DNA of 64,000 bases from an uncultured Clostridia bacterium (GTDB taxonomy: Bacteria; Bacillota; Clostridia; Christensenellales; CAG-138). Every line of letters begins with the position of its first letter. Within the stretch, counting starts at the first letter, position 1. The notes beneath the pieces are model-generated. The model did not search any database and was not told the origin of the DNA. It saw only the letters and a program-made list of their open reading frames with translations. The stretch lies in NCBI GenBank assembly GCA_946411635.1, contig CAMKES010000001.1, positions 151,696 to 215,695 of the forward strand. Direction: 5' to 3'. Positions 26,048 to 34,384 of the stretch are shown piece after piece. Made by a program: the position numbers and the translations under genes.

Positions 26048-28096
26048 ATGAATCACGATCAGAAATCAGCCGATCCCGAGATCCTCGCGCCCGTCGGAAC
26101 GGAGGGCTCGCTCGAAGCGGCGGTGTTCGCCGGTGCGGACGCCGTCTATTTCGGCGCGGGCGCGTGCAACGCGCGCCGCAGCGCGGGACAGTTTACGGGC
26201 GATCGCCTGATCGAAGCGGTCCGTTTCTGCCACGCGAACGGCGTGCACGTTCACGTTACGGTCAACACGCTCGTGCGCGACGAGGAACGGAAGGACGTTG
26301 CGGACACGCTCTCCGAGATCGCGGAAAGCGGCGCCGACGCGATCATCGTGCAGGATCTGACGGTCATGCGCCTTGCAAAACAGATCTGCCCGGAGCTCGC
26401 GCTGCACGGTTCGACGCAGATGGCGGTACACAACGTTTCCGGCGTGAAAATGCTCGAGGACCTCGGCTTTTCGCGCGTCGTGCTCGCAAGAGAGCTTTCG
26501 ATCGACGAGATCGCGTCGATCCGCTCGAAAACGGAAGCCGAGCTGGAATGCTTTATCCACGGCGCGCTTTGCATGAGCGCGTCCGGCATCTGTTATCTGT
26601 CCGCAATGCTCGGCGAACGCAGCGGAAACCGCGGCATGTGTGCGCAGCCGTGCCGGCTTCCGTTCGTCTGCAACGGATCGGACTATGCGCTTTCCCTGAA
26701 GGACATGAGCCATATCGCGCACTACGACGCGTATCGCAGGATCGGCGTTCGCTCGCTGAAGATCGAGGGACGCCTCAAATCTCCCGAATACGTCGCCGCC
26801 GCGGTCGATGCGGTCCGGCGCGTCCGGGACGGAGAGCCGTACTCGGAGCAGATGCTCAAGGACGTCTTTTCGCGCGGCGGATTTACCGAGGGCTATTACG
26901 CCGGTGCGAGAAACCATACGATGTTCGGCGTCCGCACACAGGAGGACGCAAAGCGATCGCAATCGGTCCTGTCCGCGATCCGTGAACTGTACCGCGGACC
27001 GAAACCGCGCGTGCCCGTTTCGATGCGCGCCGAAGTCCGCGCGGGGAAGCCGGCGCTTCTGACCGTTTCCGACGGCGTGCGGACCGTCCGCGCGGAGGGA
27101 GACGTTCCGGAACCCGCCGTGAACGCGCCTTTGACCGAAGAATCGGTCCGCCGCAGTCTGTCCAGGACGGGCGGGACTCCGTTTTTCATCGACGCATTCG
27201 CCCTGGAAGCGGACGGAGGACTTCGCCTTTCCGCCTCCTCGCTGAACGCGCTCAGAAGATCCGCGATCGACGCGCTGTACGAAGCGCGCGCCGCGCGTCC
27301 CGAACGCGGGATCGGGCCTGCCGATCTGACTCTGAACGGGGCTCCGCGGCAGCGGACGCCGCGGCTTTGCGTGCGCTTTGCTTCCGCCGAACAGTTTTCC
27401 GACGCGCCCGGGATCGCGTATTACAGCCTTCCGGTCGACGAGCTGATCCGGCGTCCGGATCTCGTGACGGACCGCGCCGCGGCCGAGATCCCGATCCTCG
27501 TTTATCCGGACGAGGAGCCGCGCGTATCGGAATCGCTTCGGAAACTGAAAGAAGCGGGTCTTCGGTATGCGCTCGCCGAAAACGTCGGCGCGATCCGCAT
27601 GGCGAACGGCGCGGGGCTGATCCCGGTCGGCGGCGCGTATCTGAACGTCACGAACAGCGACGCTTCGGACGCATACCGGCAGCTCGGCGTTTCGGCGCTG
27701 TTTGCTTCGTTCGAACTCTCCGCCGCAAAGACGCGCGATCTCCGCTCCGATCTGCCGCTCGGCATGATCGTTGCGGGCCGGCTGCCGCTGATGCATCTCC
27801 GTTCATGCCCGGCCAGAACCGACCGCGGATGCGGCGGCTGCAAGGGCGATCCCGTCGTATCCGACCGCAGGGGCGCGGCGTTCCCGCTCGTCTGCCGCGA
27901 GCGCAGATACTCGACGCTCCTGAACAGCGTTCCGCTGTATCTTGCGGATAAAACGCTTCCGCCGCTCGACTTTTATGCGGTCTATCTGACGATCGAATCG
28001 CCCGAAGAGGCGAAGGAACTGATCCGCAGCGTCGCCGCCCACGAGCCGCCGAAGGGACCGCACACGACGGGCCTCGCGTTCCGAAAACTTTTGTAA
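26048..28096 (+). CDS. Peptidase U32 family protein (long form)
   Basis: Start MNHDQKSADPEILAPVGTEGSLEAAVFAGADAVYFG, a typical U32 N-terminus. Conserved region E..HGALCMSASGICYLS and a C-terminal extension. 682 aa. Confidence 0.85.
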   Translation: MNHDQKSADPEILAPVGTEGSLEAAVFAGADAVYFGAGACNARRSAGQFTGDRLIEAVRFCHANGVHVHVTVNTLVRDEERKDVADTLSEIAESGADAIIVQDLTVMRLAKQICPELALHGSTQMAVHNVSGVKMLEDLGFSRVVLARELSIDEIASIRSKTEAELECFIHGALCMSASGICYLSAMLGERSGNRGMCAQPCRLPFVCNGSDYALSLKDMSHIAHYDAYRRIGVRSLKIEGRLKSPEYVAAAVDAVRRVRDGEPYSEQMLKDVFSRGGFTEGYYAGARNHTMFGVRTQEDAKRSQSVLSAIRELYRGPKPRVPVSMRAEVRAGKPALLTVSDGVRTVRAEGDVPEPAVNAPLTEESVRRSLSRTGGTPFFIDAFALEADGGLRLSASSLNALRRSAIDALYEARAARPERGIGPADLTLNGAPRQRTPRLCVRFASAEQFSDAPGIAYYSLPVDELIRRPDLVTDRAAAEIPILVYPDEEPRVSESLRKLKEAGLRYALAENVGAIRMANGAGLIPVGGAYLNVTNSDASDAYRQLGVSALFASFELSAAKTRDLRSDLPLGMIVAGRLPLMHLRSCPARTDRGCGGCKGDPVVSDRRGAAFPLVCRERRYSTLLNSVPLYLADKTLPPLDFYAVYLTIESPEEAKELIRSVAAHEPPKGPHTTGLAFRKLL

Positions 28097-28110
28097 TCTC
28101 TATCACACCG

Positions 28111-28144
28111 CGCCGTTCGACGGGATCCGTCGGGCGGCGTTTTT
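28111..28144 (+). terminator. Rho-independent terminator after the U32 gene
   Basis: 13-bp stem CGCCGTTCGACGG-gat-CCGTCGGGCGGCG (two G-U pairs) followed by TTTTT. Confidence 0.75.
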
Positions 28145-28173
28145 CATATGTGCGTACTTCCATGCATAGGGAT
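28144..28173 (+). promoter_or_regulatory. Candidate sigma-E type promoter for the spoIIIA operon
   Basis: TCATATG-14 nt-CATAGGGAT, versus consensus kmATATT-14-CATACAnT. The -35 matches well; the -10 matches only partly. Confidence 0.3.
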
Positions 28174-28191
28174 ATAGCGGGAGGGACGAGC

Positions 28192-29115
28192 ATGGAACAA
28201 TGGAAAAAACAATGGACGCCGCTTTTGCCGGAACGCGTGGCGGAGATCCTCGAACGGCTTCCCGACGACGCGCCGCTTCTGGAAATACGGCTGCGCTGCG
28301 ACAGACCGCTTGAACTCGTGTTCGACGGAAGCGACCGGATCGTCTACGGAAACAACAAAGCGCCGATCGTCGAAGAGAACGAGCTGAAGGCCCTGCTGCG
28401 GCGACTGACGGGCTATTCCGCCTTCGCATGGGAAAACGAACGCAAAAGCGGCTTTATTACGGTCGGCGGCTGCCGCGTCGGTCTGTCGGGACGGATGATC
28501 CGCACAGAGGACGGCGTGCTCGGCTTTTCCACCGTTTCGGGCGTTTGTATCCGCATCGTGCGAGAGGTCAAAGACTGCGCAAAGCCGCTGCTTCCGTACC
28601 TGCTCTGCGGCGGGCGCTTCCGCTCCGTACTGCTCGTCTCGCCGCCCGGATGCGGAAAAACGACGCTTCTGCGGGACATGATCCGCATCGCGTCAGACGG
28701 ACTGTACGGCGCCGTTCCGTGCAGGGTCGGCGTCGCGGACGAACGCTTTGAACTGAGCGGCGACGCAAACGGCGCGATCGCGTTCGATCTCGGCACGCGC
28801 ACGGACGTCATTTCCGGCATCTCCAAATCGGACGCCGCGGTGCGAATCGTTTCCACGCTGTCTCCGGGGATCCTCGCAATGGATGAACTGAACGACGCAA
28901 ACGACGCGAAGGCCGTATCGGAAGCGCGCGGAAAAGGCGTTGCGGTCTTTGCAACGGCGCACGGCGCGGACGGGAAGGATCTTCGCCTGCGTCCGGCGAT
29001 CGGCGCGCTTCTCGACGCACACGTGTTCGAGCGGATCGCGCTCCTCGAAGGCGTCGGACGGCTGACGTCCGTCACGGACGGCGACGGTCTGCGCGTCGAT
29101 GCCGTATCGCAATGA
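28192..29115 (+). CDS. spoIIIAA: Stage III sporulation protein AA (ATPase)
   Basis: Start MEQWKKQW with SD GGGAGGG. Walker A SPPGCGKTT. First gene of an eight-gene collinear spoIIIA operon. Confidence 0.9.
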   Translation: MEQWKKQWTPLLPERVAEILERLPDDAPLLEIRLRCDRPLELVFDGSDRIVYGNNKAPIVEENELKALLRRLTGYSAFAWENERKSGFITVGGCRVGLSGRMIRTEDGVLGFSTVSGVCIRIVREVKDCAKPLLPYLLCGGRFRSVLLVSPPGCGKTTLLRDMIRIASDGLYGAVPCRVGVADERFELSGDANGAIAFDLGTRTDVISGISKSDAAVRIVSTLSPGILAMDELNDANDAKAVSEARGKGVAVFATAHGADGKDLRLRPAIGALLDAHVFERIALLEGVGRLTSVTDGDGLRVDAVSQ

Positions 29116-29591
29116 AGACGATCGGCATCGCTCTGCTGTTTGCGCTGTGCTGTCTGGCCGGCGTCCGCCTCGGCGCGAAAAAAGCCGCTCCGCTGAAAAT
29201 GATCCGCGCAATGCGGGCCGGACTGCAGTCGTTTTCGGACCGTACGGCCTCCGGCGCCACGCTTGCCGACGCCGCAGAACCGGCAGACGACGCGTTTCGC
29301 GAACGGCTCTCCGTCTATCTCGAATCGCTTTCGCAGGGATCCGCGCAGGCGGATGCCGCCGGGCGCGCGTCCGCTGCGTTCGGCGCTTCCGATGCGGTCC
29401 GCTCCGGCGCGGAGCTGTTCTTCTGCGGTCTGTCGGATGCGCCGCGTGCGGAACTGCAGCGGCGGATCGAGGCGTTCGGCGCCGTTCTCGCGCGGGCGGA
29501 AGTCGACGCCGAAAACGAGTCGAAGCAGGCGCGCGTGCTGCGGTCCGCGGGTTTTCTGGTCGGAACGGGACTCGCCGTCCTTTTACTGTAG
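29112..29591 (+). CDS. spoIIIAB: Stage III sporulation protein AB
   Basis: 159 aa; N-terminal TM segment plus a helical domain. ATGA overlap with spoIIIAA. Operon position supports the call. Confidence 0.8.
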   Translation: MKTIGIALLFALCCLAGVRLGAKKAAPLKMIRAMRAGLQSFSDRTASGATLADAAEPADDAFRERLSVYLESLSQGSAQADAAGRASAAFGASDAVRSGAELFFCGLSDAPRAELQRRIEAFGAVLARAEVDAENESKQARVLRSAGFLVGTGLAVLLL

Positions 29592-29598
29592 AAACGCT

Positions 29599-29796
29599 AT
29601 GGATATCAACCTTTTGTTCAAGATCGCGGGGATCGGGATCCTCGTTGCCGTGATCGTTCAGCTGCTCCGGCAGAACGGCAGGGAGGAGCTTGCGACGGTC
29701 GCCGCCGTCGCCGGGCTGGTGCTTGCCACCATGCTCGTGCTTTCCATGATCGCATCGATGCTGGACGTGATCCGCAGAACGTTCTCCCTGTATTGA
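29599..29796 (+). CDS. spoIIIAC: Stage III sporulation protein AC
   Basis: 65 aa with two TM segments: MDINLLFKIAGIGILVAVIVQLLRQNGREE... Typical SpoIIIAC. Confidence 0.85.
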   Translation: MDINLLFKIAGIGILVAVIVQLLRQNGREELATVAAVAGLVLATMLVLSMIASMLDVIRRTFSLY

Positions 29797-29797
29797 T

Positions 29798-30190
29798 ATG
29801 GAACGGATGATTTTGATCGCGCTGATCGGCTCGGTCACGGCGATCCAGATGCGCGCCGTCCGCCGCGAATACGCGCTCCTGATCGGCGCCGCGACGGGGA
29901 TCGTTCTGCTCGTATCCGGGATCGCACGCTTTACCGGGCTCTCCGACTGGTTCCGCCGCACGTGCGAAACGTACGGCGTTCCGACAGAGCTGTTCGCGTC
30001 GATCCTGAAGATCCTCGGCATCGCGTACCTTTCGGAATTCGGCGTCAACCTCGCAAAGGACGCCGGACAGCAGACGATCGCCTGGGATCTCGAACTCGGC
30101 GGCAGGATCATGATCCTGAGCTCGGCGCTTCCCGCGGTCGTCACGCTGCTGGAAACGGGCGCGGCGCTGATCCGGGAGGTCGGATCGTGA
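29798..30190 (+). CDS. spoIIIAD: Stage III sporulation protein AD
   Basis: 130 aa polytopic membrane protein. ...ILKILGIAYLSEFGVNLAKDAGQ... is typical of SpoIIIAD. Confidence 0.85.
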   Translation: MERMILIALIGSVTAIQMRAVRREYALLIGAATGIVLLVSGIARFTGLSDWFRRTCETYGVPTELFASILKILGIAYLSEFGVNLAKDAGQQTIAWDLELGGRIMILSSALPAVVTLLETGAALIREVGS

Positions 30191-31305
30191 AGCGCCTGCT
30201 CGTGATCGCGGTCCTGGTGCTTGCGCCCGTGCTGCTGTTCTCCGGCTCGCAGGAGACCGACGATGCGATCGAAGCGCTCGCGGGGACGATCGACCTGTCA
30301 GAATGGGATCGATGGTTCGAAGCCGAGGGATACGACGCGGATTTTACGCCTTCCCGGTATCTGGACGCGATCATACGCATGCAGGAACCGGATCCGTCGC
30401 ACGGGATCGGAAGCCGTCTCAAAGACTTGCTGCTGCCCGGCCTGAAAAGCGCGGCGGTCATGCTGACCGTGCTCATCGGACTCGCCGTATGCAGCGCCGC
30501 GATCGGAGGGCTTTCCGACGCGTCGGCAATGGCGGAGCCGGCGAAGATCACGCTGCGCGTCGTCACGGCATGCGCCGTACTGGTCACGGCTGCTTCCGGG
30601 ATCCGCACCGCGTCCGGCGCGGTCCGGCTGATCTTCCGGACGACGGAGCTGACGCTTCCCGCGATCGTCGGGTTTCTGGTCTTAGGCGGCATGGAACACA
30701 CGGCGGCGCTCCTGACGGCCTCGCGCGAACTGCTGTCCGGAACGGTGCTGTATCTGCTTGAAACGTGCGTCGTGCCGCTCGCAGCCGTCGGCGGCGTTCT
30801 CTATGCGCTGGACGCGTGCGGAACGGGACGTCTCGCTTCGATCGGAAGACTGCTGCACCGTGCGGCAAAATGGATCCTCGGCACGACATGTTCGCTGTTT
30901 CTGCTGTTCACGGCGATCCGCGGCGCGGCGGCGGGCGGCGCGGACGGGCTGCTGCTGAAAACGACGAAGCTGATGGCGGGAAGCGTTCCGGCCGTCGGCG
31001 GCGTGCTCTCGGAATCGGTCGACGCCGCGTTCCGCTGCCTGCAGTTCGTGAAGAATGCGCTCGGGCTTACGGGAACGGTCCTGATCCTGCTGATCGGCGC
31101 AAAGCCGGTTCTTTCCGTATTCTGGACGCGCTGCGCGCTGCGCGCGGCGTCGATGCTTGCGGAACCGCTGTCCGGAAAACCGTACGCGGACCTGCTGCGG
31201 GGATTGGGGGACACTCTGCATCTGCTGCTGCTCGCGGAACTGGCGGCCGTCGCCATGTCCCTGCTCGTGATCGCGCCGGTGCTCGGCGCGGGGAGGATCG
31301 CGTGA
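30187..31305 (+). CDS. spoIIIAE: Stage III sporulation protein AE
   Basis: GTG start overlapping the AD stop (GTGA). Signal peptide, then a multi-TM permease-like body. 372 aa. Confidence 0.85.
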   Translation: MKRLLVIAVLVLAPVLLFSGSQETDDAIEALAGTIDLSEWDRWFEAEGYDADFTPSRYLDAIIRMQEPDPSHGIGSRLKDLLLPGLKSAAVMLTVLIGLAVCSAAIGGLSDASAMAEPAKITLRVVTACAVLVTAASGIRTASGAVRLIFRTTELTLPAIVGFLVLGGMEHTAALLTASRELLSGTVLYLLETCVVPLAAVGGVLYALDACGTGRLASIGRLLHRAAKWILGTTCSLFLLFTAIRGAAAGGADGLLLKTTKLMAGSVPAVGGVLSESVDAAFRCLQFVKNALGLTGTVLILLIGAKPVLSVFWTRCALRAASMLAEPLSGKPYADLLRGLGDTLHLLLLAELAAVAMSLLVIAPVLGAGRIA

Positions 31306-31469
31306 CCGCGCTGTTCGCCTGCGTCGTACCGATCGCCGCGGCCGGGATGCTCTGCGCAATCGCCGAAACGCTTCTTCCGCGCAGCGGATCGCGCACGGCG
31401 GCGCGTACGGCGATCGGATTGCTCTTCCTCGCGTTTTTCGCGGAGAAGATTACAGGCATATTTCGGTAA
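31302..31469 (+). CDS. spoIIIAF: Stage III sporulation protein AF, truncated to the N-terminal membrane hairpin (55 aa)
   Basis: GTG start overlapping the AE stop (GTGA). AETLLPRSGSRTAARTAIGLLFL aligns with B. subtilis SpoIIIAF IDMLLPSSSMQKYAKMVVSLLLI. A stop follows after the second TM segment. Confidence 0.65.
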   Translation: MTALFACVVPIAAAGMLCAIAETLLPRSGSRTAARTAIGLLFLAFFAEKITGIFR

Positions 31470-31482
31470 CGGAGGGATTAAG

Positions 31483-32076
31483 ATGCAGAAGAAGGACGGC
31501 GGCGCGACGGCGGAATGGTGGAAGGCGCGCGTAAAGAAAAACCCCGGACTCGCGTACGTTCCGTATGCCGCGATCGGACTTGCGGCCGTTCTTTTGTATC
31601 TGCTCGGCACCGGATCGGGATGCCGGGCGGACGCACCGAAGGAGACCGCCGCCGTCACCGCCGAACCGGTGCGGACCGGTCAACGGGACGCGCTGGAGCA
31701 GCGGCTGATCGAAGTGCTTTCCGAGATCCGCGGCGCGGGCAGGGTGGACGTTCTCGTAACGTATGAGACGAACGGGGAGATCGTCACGGCAACCGTACGG
31801 CAGACCGATGAGGACGTAAAGGATGCGAACGGAACGGGAGGCAGCGAGACCTCGCGCTCAACACGCGAGGTCACCGAGCCCGCGACAGTGGAAACGGAGC
31901 AGGGCCGCGCGCCGATCGTGCTGTACGAAAAGGAGCCGGTCATTCGAGGCGTGATCGTCGTCGCGGAGGGCGCGTCGGATTTCTCCGTGCGTGAAAAACT
32001 GCAGGCGGCGGTGTGTGCCGCAACGGGGATCCCGATCTCGCGGATCGAAGTGTTTGAAATGTCATTCGGATCATAA
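31483..32076 (+). CDS. spoIIIAG: Stage III sporulation protein AG
   Basis: 197 aa with one TM segment. The C-terminal ring-forming domain contains ...VDVLVTYE...IRGVIVVAEGA. Confidence 0.85.
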   Translation: MQKKDGGATAEWWKARVKKNPGLAYVPYAAIGLAAVLLYLLGTGSGCRADAPKETAAVTAEPVRTGQRDALEQRLIEVLSEIRGAGRVDVLVTYETNGEIVTATVRQTDEDVKDANGTGGSETSRSTREVTEPATVETEQGRAPIVLYEKEPVIRGVIVVAEGASDFSVREKLQAAVCAATGIPISRIEVFEMSFGS

Positions 32077-32098
32077 AACATCATTTCAGGAGGGAATT

Positions 32099-32638
32099 AT
32101 GAAGGAATTCATTCGTCGCTATGGAAAATGGCTGAACAAACGCGTACTGACGGCAGCCGGTCTGTGTCTGCTCGTGGCCGCCGCCGTCGTAACGAACCTG
32201 CTGGTCGGGCGCGGCGGCGCTTCGTCCGGGGAAACGTCTGCGCCCGCGGACGCGAACGTCACGCAGGTCTCCGCGCAGACACGGGCAAAGGATCCGAACT
32301 TTTTCGCAAGCTACCGCGAGGAGCGCGACAACGTCCGGACACAGGAACTGGCGTATCTCGACGCGATCGTCGCGCAGGGCGCGGACGCGGAAACGCTGTC
32401 GGACGCGCAGCGAAGCAAACTGGATCTGGTCAACGCGATGGAAACGGAACTGACGGTCGAAAACCTTGTTCGCGCGAAGGGCTTTACCGACGTGATCGTT
32501 TCGATCCATCAGGGAAACGTCAACGTCGTCGTAGGCGCGGATACGCTTTCCGACGAGCAGGTCGCCCAGATTCTCGATATCGTTCTCCGCGAGACGGGGA
32601 AGAGCGCGGAAAACGTAAAGATCAGCACGACGCTCTGA
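32099..32638 (+). CDS. spoIIIAH: Stage III sporulation protein AH
   Basis: Start MKEFIRRYG with SD AGGAGGG. One TM segment. C-terminal domain ...FFASYREERDNVRTQE...VVSIHQGNVNVVV typical of SpoIIIAH. Confidence 0.85.
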   Translation: MKEFIRRYGKWLNKRVLTAAGLCLLVAAAVVTNLLVGRGGASSGETSAPADANVTQVSAQTRAKDPNFFASYREERDNVRTQELAYLDAIVAQGADAETLSDAQRSKLDLVNAMETELTVENLVRAKGFTDVIVSIHQGNVNVVVGADTLSDEQVAQILDIVLRETGKSAENVKISTTL

Positions 32639-32662
32639 ACAAACGGAAATCTCTTTCATGGG

Positions 32663-32691
32663 TTTACTTTTTGGAAGAATGATGGTATACT
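32663..32691 (+). promoter_or_regulatory. sigma-A type promoter (TTTACT-17-TGgTATACT)
   Basis: TTTACT at 32663-32668 and TATACT at 32686-32691, preceded by TGG. Upstream of asp23. Confidence 0.6.
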
Positions 32692-32731
32692 TTTTCTATC
32701 TATAGAAATCCAAGAACTCAGGAGGAGTACT

Positions 32732-33145
32732 ATGAGCGAATACAAGAATATCACCGTTGATTCCGAAGAGAACGGCGGCAAAGTCGTGTTTGCGGAAGAC
32801 GTCGTCGCGACCATCGCGACGCTTGCGGCAGCCGAAGTCGACGGCGTATACGGCATGAGCGGATCGGCGTTTGAGGGACTCGGCGAGAAACTCGGCAAGA
32901 AGAACTATACCAAGGGCATCAAGGTCGAAGTCGGCACTGTCGAATGCGCGGTCGATATGAACATCATCGTGCGCTACGGCTTTAAGATCCAGGACGTCTG
33001 CCGTTCGGTTCAGAACGCGGTCAAGAACGCGATCGAGACCATGACCGGTCTCAAGGTCGTGCAGGTCAATATCGCGGTCAATTCGATCGTCTTTGCGAAG
33101 GAACCCGCTCCCGAACAGCCCAAGACCGAAAACCGCGTGAAATGA
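32732..33145 (+). CDS. asp23: Asp23/Gls24 family alkaline-shock protein
   Basis: 137 aa; ...VVFAEDVVATIATLAAAEVDGVYGM... is typical of Asp23. Confidence 0.9.
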   Translation: MSEYKNITVDSEENGGKVVFAEDVVATIATLAAAEVDGVYGMSGSAFEGLGEKLGKKNYTKGIKVEVGTVECAVDMNIIVRYGFKIQDVCRSVQNAVKNAIETMTGLKVVQVNIAVNSIVFAKEPAPEQPKTENRVK

Positions 33146-33209
33146 TCGCTCCTGCCGGATCCGATTCCGGCAGCGAAGCTCGGACAAGCATGTGTAAGGG
33201 GAACGTTTC

Positions 33210-33740
33210 ATGAAGCAGGCAGTCAGGATCCTTTCCGGATTTCTTGCGTTTTTATCGGTCGTGTGCGGCGTATGCCTGATCCTGACCGTAATCGGATGGC
33301 CGGTGCCGCCGGCGCGGATGCAGGAACTCATCGGAGATCTCCGGCATTTTCCGTCCGCGCTTTTGGTGATCCTTGCGGCGATCGTTCTCTGCGCGATCGG
33401 CACGCTCGTTCTGTACGGGCTCATCTTTGCCCGCCTGAGCAGGCGTACGAGCGCCCTGATCGAAAAGAACGCCCTCGGAGAAACGGCGGTGTCCTTCTCG
33501 GCGCTGGCGCAGACGGCGGAACGCGTCGCAAGATCGCACCGCGACGTAAAGTCCTGCCGGACGAAAGCGTACGCGATCGGCAGCAGCGTGAAGATCGACG
33601 TCCGCGTGATCACGGCGCCGACGGTCTCGCTTCTGGAGATCACGCACGCGCTGCAGGACACGATCGCGGCCGCGCTGAAGGATCTGTGCGGGACCGAGAT
33701 CGGTTCCGTCGACGTTACGGTCGATCAGACGGAAGCGTAA
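33210..33740 (+). CDS. amaP: AmaP-like alkaline-shock membrane anchor protein
   Basis: 176 aa; two N-terminal TM segments followed by an Asp23-like fold. Canonical position after asp23. Confidence 0.7.
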   Translation: MKQAVRILSGFLAFLSVVCGVCLILTVIGWPVPPARMQELIGDLRHFPSALLVILAAIVLCAIGTLVLYGLIFARLSRRTSALIEKNALGETAVSFSALAQTAERVARSHRDVKSCRTKAYAIGSSVKIDVRVITAPTVSLLEITHALQDTIAAALKDLCGTEIGSVDVTVDQTEA

Positions 33741-33774
33741 TCGAAGAGTACAACGGAACGGAGGTTGGAAAACA

Positions 33775-33990
33775 ATGAAAGAGTTTTGTCAGAATCACAA
33801 ATGGGCGATCATCCTCAGCGCGCTTGCGCTGATCATTGTGCTGATGATCTATCTGACGAACTTCTGGTGGACGCTTCTTGCGGGCGTTCTCGTTCTGATC
33901 GCGGTCTTCTTCGGAAGAATGATCGACAAGGGCGGCGTTGAAGCGGTCAAGGACTTTTTCCGCAGCATCTTCAAGGGGAAACGCGCATGA
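33775..33990 (+). CDS. DUF2273-like small integral membrane protein
   Basis: 71 aa with two TM segments. Canonical third gene of the asp23 cluster. Confidence 0.7.
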   Translation: MKEFCQNHKWAIILSALALIIVLMIYLTNFWWTLLAGVLVLIAVFFGRMIDKGGVEAVKDFFRSIFKGKRA

Positions 33991-34382
33991 ATCATACGTT
34001 ATCCAGAGAGATCGCGATGAAGCGCCTGTACGCGGAAACGGTCGGCGGCGAAGATTCGCTTGAAAACACGCTCGAGCAATCCGAATGCGTCCTCTCGGAA
34101 GAAGACGCCGTGTTTTCGGACAGGCTCTACGAGGGCGTACACGCGCATCTGGAAACGATCGACGCCGAGATCGGATCCAACGCGAAGGACTGGTCGCTTC
34201 CTCGGATCGCGAAGGTCGATCTTTCGATCCTCCGCGTCGCGGTCTACGAACTGTTATTTGAAAAAAGCATCCCGGTCGGCGCAACCGTCAACGAGGCGGT
34301 GGAGCTTGCCAAAACGTTCGGCGGGGACAAATCGGCCGCGTTTATCAACGGCGTTCTCGGCGCGATCGCGAAGGAGCACTGA
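33987..34382 (+). CDS. nusB: Transcription antitermination factor NusB
   Basis: 131 aa; ...LPRIAKVDLSILRVAVYELLF...PVGATVNEAVELAK.FGG..SAAFINGVLG is typical of NusB. Confidence 0.92.
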   Translation: MNHTLSREIAMKRLYAETVGGEDSLENTLEQSECVLSEEDAVFSDRLYEGVHAHLETIDAEIGSNAKDWSLPRIAKVDLSILRVAVYELLFEKSIPVGATVNEAVELAKTFGGDKSAAFINGVLGAIAKEH

Positions 34383-34384
34383 GC

